Shown here one piece after another: positions 58,199-64,000 of a stretch of 64,000 nucleotides of DNA. The notes under the pieces were generated by a model, which did no database searches, was not told the DNA's origin, and saw nothing but the letters and a program-made list of their open reading frames with translations. Each line of letters opens with the position of its first letter. Positions within the stretch are counted from its first letter, which is position 1. The translations under genes and the position numbers were made by a program. This DNA comes from Candidatus Magasanikiibacteriota bacterium (GTDB lineage Bacteria; Patescibacteriota; Patescibacteriia; Magasanikbacterales; GWA2-37-8): the NCBI GenBank assembly GCA_041666265.1, contig JBAYHH010000001.1:72056-136055 (forward strand), read 5' to 3'.

Positions 58199-58873
58199 AT
58201 GGCAACCGGAAAACTCTATATCGTCGCCACGCCAATCGGCAATTTTGGCGATATTACACTACGAGCACTCGAAACGCTAAAAAGCGTTGATTTGGTATTG
58301 TGCGAAGATACCCGCATGACCAGGCGCCTGCTTGACCACTACGCGATTGAGAAGCCGACCAAAAGCTATCATCAGCATAGTACTGCTCGAGATGTCAAAG
58401 ATATCGTCGCTATATTGGAGCAAGGTAGTGATTTGGCGCTTGTTACCGATGCCGGCACACCAGGTATTTCTGATCCCGGCAATCTCTTGATCAAAGCGCT
58501 TGTGCATAGCGCGCCCGCTATCGCGATTGTGCCGATCCCCGGTCCATCGGCCGTGATTGCAGCGTTGTCAATTTCCGGTTTTGCGACCGATAAGTTTGTC
58601 TTCATGGGTTTCCCGCCTCATAAAAATAAACGCCAAAAATATTTCAAAGAGGTGGCGATCCAAGATCATACCGTGGTATTTTACGAATCCGGTCATCGGA
58701 TCGCGAAGTGCATTACCGAATTATCCGAAGTACTGGATCCTCATTGTCAAATCATGGTTGGGCGAGAATTAACTAAAATGTTTGAAACCATTTATCGTGG
58801 TAACATTGCTGAAATCATAGCGCAAAAAATTGACGAAAGAGGGGAATTTGTTGTAGTGATATCTCAAAAATAA
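58199..58873 (+). CDS. rsmI: 16S rRNA C1402 2'-O-methyltransferase
   Basis: LYIVATPIGN, EDTR, DAGTPGISDPG, RELTK.FE. Confidence 0.95.
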   Translation: MATGKLYIVATPIGNFGDITLRALETLKSVDLVLCEDTRMTRRLLDHYAIEKPTKSYHQHSTARDVKDIVAILEQGSDLALVTDAGTPGISDPGNLLIKALVHSAPAIAIVPIPGPSAVIAALSISGFATDKFVFMGFPPHKNKRQKYFKEVAIQDHTVVFYESGHRIAKCITELSEVLDPHCQIMVGRELTKMFETIYRGNIAEIIAQKIDERGEFVVVISQK

Positions 58874-58946
58874 ATTTAAATATTAATGTTACCGCGAAAA
58901 TGATTTTTTCTATATCGGATATTTGATTTTTTATTTTTGATTTATT

Positions 58947-60485
58947 ATGTCGAAATACTATCTCACCACCACTTTACCATATGTGAATGCCAAGCCCCAT
59001 ATCGGTCATGCTTTGGAATTTATCCAAGCTGATGTTTTGGCCCGTTATCACATGCTTTTGGGTGACGAGGTTATTTTTAATACCGGCACCGACGAACATG
59101 GGGTAAAAATTTATCGCAAAGCGATCGAAGAGGGCAAAGATCCGCAGGCCTATTGCGATGAATACGCGGCTAAATTTGACGCTCTTAAATCGGCTTTTAA
59201 TTTGAGTTACAACAAATTCATTCGCACTACCGATGCTCATCATATTACCGGCGCGCAGGAATTTTGGAAACGCTGTGAGCAGAACGGTGATATTTATAAA
59301 AAACAATACCAGGTTAAATATTGCGTTGGCTGTGAATTGGAAAAAACCGATTCGGAGCTCGTCGATGGCAAATGCCCTGTCCATCCCAATCTCGAACTCG
59401 ATTTAATTGATGAAGAAAATTATTTTTTTCGTTTTTCGAAATTTCAACAACCGCTTTTGGATTTTTACGATAGTCATCCGGATTTTGTAGTGCCGGCCAA
59501 TCGCCTGCTCGAGATTCGCAATTTCGTCTCTTCCGGTCTGCAAGATTTTTCGATTTCGCGTCTCAAATCCAAGATGCCTTGGGGGATCGCTGTGCCCGGA
59601 GACGAATCACAAGTAATGTATGTTTGGTTTGACGCGCTCGCGAATTATATCACCACTTTGGGTTGGCCCGAAGATGTCCAAACTTTTAATGATTTTTGGC
59701 CGGGTTATCAGATGGCCGGCAAAGACAATCTGCGTCAACAATCCGCGATGTGGCAAGCGATGTTGCTCTCGGCCAAGCTCCCGCCCTCGAAACAAATTTT
59801 TATTCACGGCTTCATCACTTCCGGCGGACAAAAGATGAGTAAGTCGCTCGGCAATGTTATCGACCCGATGGATCTGGTCGCCAAGTATGGGACAGACGCG
59901 GTGCGGTATTATTTGCTCGGGGCGGTGCCGTCCTATGACGATGGCGATGTGACTGATGAAAAAATCGCCGAATTTTTTAACGCGCAATTGGCCAACGGGA
60001 TCGGTAATTTAAATTCGCGCATCATGACGATGGTGGAAAAATTTCAAATAAAAAATGAAATAACCGGCCGCGAGCCGGCAATTGCAAATATCAAAAATTC
60101 GAATAATAGTTATATAGCAAAATCAGTCGCCATTTTTTGGAATAAATATCTCGTTGCCATTGATAGGTATCAATTTGATAACATATGTGATGAAATTAGA
60201 ATTTTGACGGCTATTTTAGACGGGGTTATTTCTGAACAGAAACCATGGGAGAAAGATAAAAAAGGTGAAGATATTTCCGGATTACTTTATGAGATGGCGG
60301 AGGCTTTGCGCCACATCGGCGTAGCCCTTCTGCCGATTATGCCGGCTACCGCCGAAAAGATTTTAGCCCAATTTGGCATTACCGTTGATTGGAAAAATTT
60401 TGATTGGCAGAGCGCGATCAAATGGGGTGGACTTGGATCCGGGAACAAAATCACCAAGTGTAGCGCTCTTTTCCCGCGATTGTAG
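58947..60485 (+). CDS. metG: Methionine--tRNA ligase
   Basis: PHIGH, GTDEHG, YVWFDAL, KMSKSLGN. Confidence 0.96.
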   Translation: MSKYYLTTTLPYVNAKPHIGHALEFIQADVLARYHMLLGDEVIFNTGTDEHGVKIYRKAIEEGKDPQAYCDEYAAKFDALKSAFNLSYNKFIRTTDAHHITGAQEFWKRCEQNGDIYKKQYQVKYCVGCELEKTDSELVDGKCPVHPNLELDLIDEENYFFRFSKFQQPLLDFYDSHPDFVVPANRLLEIRNFVSSGLQDFSISRLKSKMPWGIAVPGDESQVMYVWFDALANYITTLGWPEDVQTFNDFWPGYQMAGKDNLRQQSAMWQAMLLSAKLPPSKQIFIHGFITSGGQKMSKSLGNVIDPMDLVAKYGTDAVRYYLLGAVPSYDDGDVTDEKIAEFFNAQLANGIGNLNSRIMTMVEKFQIKNEITGREPAIANIKNSNNSYIAKSVAIFWNKYLVAIDRYQFDNICDEIRILTAILDGVISEQKPWEKDKKGEDISGLLYEMAEALRHIGVALLPIMPATAEKILAQFGITVDWKNFDWQSAIKWGGLGSGNKITKCSALFPRL

Positions 60486-60555
60486 GTAAATTATTTGTAA
60501 GCAATGTCGTGTTACATATATTTAATTTTTGATTTAATATTTTTGATATAATCAT

Positions 60556-61080
60556 ATGTCGTATTTCGACATCGCGCTCATCGTCATCATCGCCGGTTTT
60601 GGATTTTACGGATTGTGGCGGGGGATTGTCTATGTTTTGATTTCCCTCGCGGGCTTGGTGGCGTCTTTGTATTTAGCCGTGAGATATTACGATGTGGGCG
60701 CGGCGTGGCTTATGAGTATCACCGGGTGGCAAGCGAATTTTTCCAAAGTGATTATTTTTGTTATTTCATTTATTGTCATTAATCGCTTGGTAGTGCTCAT
60801 ATTCTGGTTTATAAATAAAGCTCTCACCGCCATTACCCATTTGCCGATTATTCGGGGGCTCGATCGTTTGGCTGGATTTCTATTTGGAGTCGTTGAGGGA
60901 GCTTTGACCCTTGGAGTGATTTTCTATTTTATTGCGCGTTTTCCACTGGGTGAATCGTTCATGGGTTGGATGAGCAGTTCTATTATTGTCCCACATACCG
61001 TCACTATGGCCGGTGTATTTCTTCCTCTTATTCCCGATGCCCTGAAAACCATCAGGAGCACTATCGAAGGATTGTTGTAA
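60556..61080 (+). CDS. CvpA (colicin V production) family membrane protein
   Basis: D..LI.....G.WRG, LDRLAGFLFG..EG. Confidence 0.85.
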   Translation: MSYFDIALIVIIAGFGFYGLWRGIVYVLISLAGLVASLYLAVRYYDVGAAWLMSITGWQANFSKVIIFVISFIVINRLVVLIFWFINKALTAITHLPIIRGLDRLAGFLFGVVEGALTLGVIFYFIARFPLGESFMGWMSSSIIVPHTVTMAGVFLPLIPDALKTIRSTIEGLL

Positions 61081-61088
61081 TACATCAA

Positions 61089-62906
61089 ATGAAAAAATTA
61101 TTTTTGATTGTCTGCGCATTAGTATTTTTGACCGGATGTAATAGTCCGATTGTTTATGACAATTTGAATAATGGTCCAACTTTACAAAAGAAAACGAAAG
61201 GAATAGTACAGACATCAATTGAAACCTATCAAATAATACCCGGCGGAAATGAGTCGTTATACGATCGCGCTTTTCAAAATCGCTTACCGGCGGGGGACCT
61301 GGGGACTATTCGGGGTGGCATTGTGCCTCATCATTTGGTTGCGGGATATATTCCGGCTACTTTTTTTGAATATATTGGCCGACAAAAACCATCAACCATT
61401 GTGCTCTTTTCTCCCAATCACCGGCGCGCCGGACCAGGCAATATTATCACTGGCATCGTAGATTGGCAGACGGCTTACGGGGTCGTCAATGTCGATCGCA
61501 ACATTATATCAAAATTAAACGATGCATCGGTTTTAAAAATTGATGAAAAAACCATGGCTGATGAGCACGGTATTTATGGGCTTTTGCCGATTATTGCAAA
61601 GACCAATCCGTCAGTCAAAATTGTTCCGATATTATTTGACTGGGATACGCCGACCAGTTCAATCGACGCCTTGCTGGCGAAGCTTTTTCCACTTTTACCA
61701 AGAGACACCATATTTGTCGGATCAGTGGATTTTTCGCATTATCAGACTTGGCCGGTGGCCAATTTTCATGATGAGTATACGCGCAGTGTAATTCGCAATT
61801 TTGATTTTGACCACATATGGGATACAGAAATTGACTCACATCCCAGTGTTTACGCCTTACTGCGATCAATGGAGCATGTGGGCGCGCAAAAGATCGTCAA
61901 TGAAATCAACGATAACTCCGCTTCATTGTTTGGTCGATCGGATATCCCAGAGACTACCAGCTATTATAGCCCTTGGTTTACCGACGGACACCGGTCAACA
62001 AATTCCGACATGGTCTCGCTGCTTTTTTTTGGTGATATGATGCTTGATCGAAGTGTGAAAATACGAATCGATGAACACGGTCCGGATTGGATATTTGAGA
62101 AATTGGCTGGGGGAGAAGGCAGGTTTTTCACGGGGACAAATTTTGTTCACGCCAATCTCGAAGGCCCGTTTGCCGATAGTCGTCGCGCTACCACCAAAAC
62201 AATTGCTTTTCGTTTTGATCCGTTTTTGATTCCGACTTTAAAAAAATATCATTTTAATATTTTTACGGTAGCCAACAATCATACTCTCGACATGAGCGCG
62301 GCCGGACTGCAAGAGAGTTTGGTCAATTTGGACAAAGCCAATATCGACCACTATGGCGACGGCTACGGTATCGGCAAAGACGCCGTCATATTTAAAGATG
62401 TTAATGGTATCCGCCTCGCTTTTGTGGGTTTTAACGATACATATTTTAGATTGAAAAAAGATGAAATTTTCTCAACAATAAAAGACGCGAAGTTAAAATC
62501 AACGAGAGTGATTGTAAATATTCATTGGGGTGATGAATACCAAGAAATAAGTAATACTAATCAGCGAGATTTGGCGCATCTGATGATCGATGCTGGCGCG
62601 GACATTATCATTGGCCACCATCCTCATGTGGTGCAAGAGATGGAGATTTATAAGAATCGCCCGATTTTTTATTCACTTGGTAACTTTGTCTTTGATCAAT
62701 ATTTTTCCATACCTACCCAACAAGGTCTCGCGGTCGGTATCAATCTGACCACTTCGACGATATCGGCATATGTATTTCCGCTTCAATCTGCAAAAAGTCA
62801 AATCAGTCAAATGAATTATATCGACGCCCTTCGGTACTTGAATGAGTGGCAAAACAAGAGTAGGATTAACTCAAAGGCATTTAGTAATTTTAATATCACT
62901 ATATGA
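61089..62906 (+). CDS. Lipoprotein fusion: MEMO1 (AmmeMemoRadiSam B)-like plus CapA/PGA_cap metallophosphoesterase
   Basis: Lipobox LTGC; VPHH, SPNH, EHG, SVDFSHY; GDMMLDR, NLEG, ANNH, HWG.EY, GHHPHV, YSLGNFVFDQ. Confidence 0.85.
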   Translation: MKKLFLIVCALVFLTGCNSPIVYDNLNNGPTLQKKTKGIVQTSIETYQIIPGGNESLYDRAFQNRLPAGDLGTIRGGIVPHHLVAGYIPATFFEYIGRQKPSTIVLFSPNHRRAGPGNIITGIVDWQTAYGVVNVDRNIISKLNDASVLKIDEKTMADEHGIYGLLPIIAKTNPSVKIVPILFDWDTPTSSIDALLAKLFPLLPRDTIFVGSVDFSHYQTWPVANFHDEYTRSVIRNFDFDHIWDTEIDSHPSVYALLRSMEHVGAQKIVNEINDNSASLFGRSDIPETTSYYSPWFTDGHRSTNSDMVSLLFFGDMMLDRSVKIRIDEHGPDWIFEKLAGGEGRFFTGTNFVHANLEGPFADSRRATTKTIAFRFDPFLIPTLKKYHFNIFTVANNHTLDMSAAGLQESLVNLDKANIDHYGDGYGIGKDAVIFKDVNGIRLAFVGFNDTYFRLKKDEIFSTIKDAKLKSTRVIVNIHWGDEYQEISNTNQRDLAHLMIDAGADIIIGHHPHVVQEMEIYKNRPIFYSLGNFVFDQYFSIPTQQGLAVGINLTTSTISAYVFPLQSAKSQISQMNYIDALRYLNEWQNKSRINSKAFSNFNITI

Positions 62907-64000
62907 GCAATATCCGTTTTAGTAAGCAGCAGTGGATTTCGACCGGTCTTGGCCTGGTAATTTTAGTGAGTGTCTTAGCGATATTTTCTTATCGTTACTG
63001 GCAAGGAACCAAGCAGTTGATTGCGACGACCGGCATACCCCAGACAATCAATCCGGCTGATCTATCGACCGCCGAGAAACAAAAAGCGCAAGCCGATCAA
63101 GATGAACGACAAAAACAAATGGCCTACTACGAAGATTTACGCATGAGCGCCACCACCACCGTCGGCGCCGACACCGTCGGTAAATATTTGGAAAAAAATT
63201 CAGTCAAGGATTATTCGCAAAATTTTCCAAATTTGAAAATTGATTGGAATGCCAAACCGGTAGTTTATGGCGATCAACAGACAATCGATTTTTTGTCTAA
63301 AAGTATTTCGGATTATTCGAGTGTGCTCGCCGATTTCAACAAAAATTGCTGTGTTGGCACTAAGTGTTCCATCATCAGTACTCCACCACTTTGCACTCAT
63401 ATCAATGTCATTGAAATGGGCAAGGTTGGGTCACCCGGTACATTATCTGGGAAAGTGGTTTATCTTATCCAATTTCCACCTTATTTTCAAGACATGTTTG
63501 GAGAGGATGGTGGAAAGTTAGCCGTATTTGACGACCAATCGAAAAAATTTATTCAATTGACCGCAAATATTTCAGATATATTTACTCGTGATCCGGTTCG
63601 ATTTGTGGACGGTCTTAAGTATAGTTTAAATTCCGGCGGTCCAATCATGTACTTTGAGCTCAATGACCGCCGTTGGTTTTCCGGTGTAATAGATTTTGAT
63701 TATGATTATCGCGAATTTTTTGATTTTCCGGCGTTTTTAACTATTCCCGACAAGAGTATTCGTTTAATGTATTTTCAAAAAACAGACTGTTCGGAGTCGG
63801 GTGGAAGCAGTTGTGGGATTGGCTCGCTAAATAGCGACCGTCTCAATATTTTAGAAAGTTTGTCTGATAAACAATTGGTTTATAGCGATGACAAACTGGG
63901 TACAATGTATTTTACGACCAGTTGTTTCAAGCTGGTGATGCCCAATGGATCGGTCGGTAGTTATGAATTGGTGCCGCCGTTCTTTAAAAATGTAAATTCG
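62903..64000 (+). CDS. Membrane-anchored hypothetical protein (runs off window)
   Basis: ATG at 62903 overlaps previous stop; frame read open to window end; N-terminal TM. Confidence 0.75.
   Translation, partial: MSNIRFSKQQWISTGLGLVILVSVLAIFSYRYWQGTKQLIATTGIPQTINPADLSTAEKQKAQADQDERQKQMAYYEDLRMSATTTVGADTVGKYLEKNSVKDYSQNFPNLKIDWNAKPVVYGDQQTIDFLSKSISDYSSVLADFNKNCCVGTKCSIISTPPLCTHINVIEMGKVGSPGTLSGKVVYLIQFPPYFQDMFGEDGGKLAVFDDQSKKFIQLTANISDIFTRDPVRFVDGLKYSLNSGGPIMYFELNDRRWFSGVIDFDYDYREFFDFPAFLTIPDKSIRLMYFQKTDCSESGGSSCGIGSLNSDRLNILESLSDKQLVYSDDKLGTMYFTTSCFKLVMPNGSVGSYELVPPFFKNVNS

Overview
A 64 kb chromosomal segment from a reduced-genome bacterium using the standard genetic code. The gene content points to Patescibacteria/CPR, probably Parcubacteria: two VirB4/TraG-like ATPases, a type IV pilus block, DUF4012, a truncated TsaB, a split PEP synthase and few Shine-Dalgarno sites. 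Most of the window is housekeeping (murG, mreB, holB, frr, glyQS, tpiA, murE, ftsEX, dnaX, corA, cysS, pilM/pilin/pilD, ligA, rplU, recR, ybaB, dnaB, uppP, thiI-iscRSU-fdx, rsmI, metG) plus six tRNAs. Two small tRNA-linked accessory islands stand out. (1) Between tRNA-Gly and tRNA-Thr (19.1-23.5 kb) lie an XRE regulator, a RadC/JAB-C5-methyltransferase fusion, a HaeII-family endonuclease with a consensus antisense promoter, and a Cas4/RecB-like nuclease. The nuclease is bracketed by two promoter-driven ~90-100 nt predicted RNAs that share a three-way-junction layout. (2) Next to tRNA-Gln(CUG) lie a GHKL-ATPase/STAS pair and a 60-bp perfect palindrome. Other notable items are a translin/TRAX homologue, REP-like palindromes inserted in frame in two genes, many apparently leaderless genes, and a third candidate structured RNA upstream of tRNA-Pro. 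All assignments come from reading motifs by eye; no database searches or folding programs were run.
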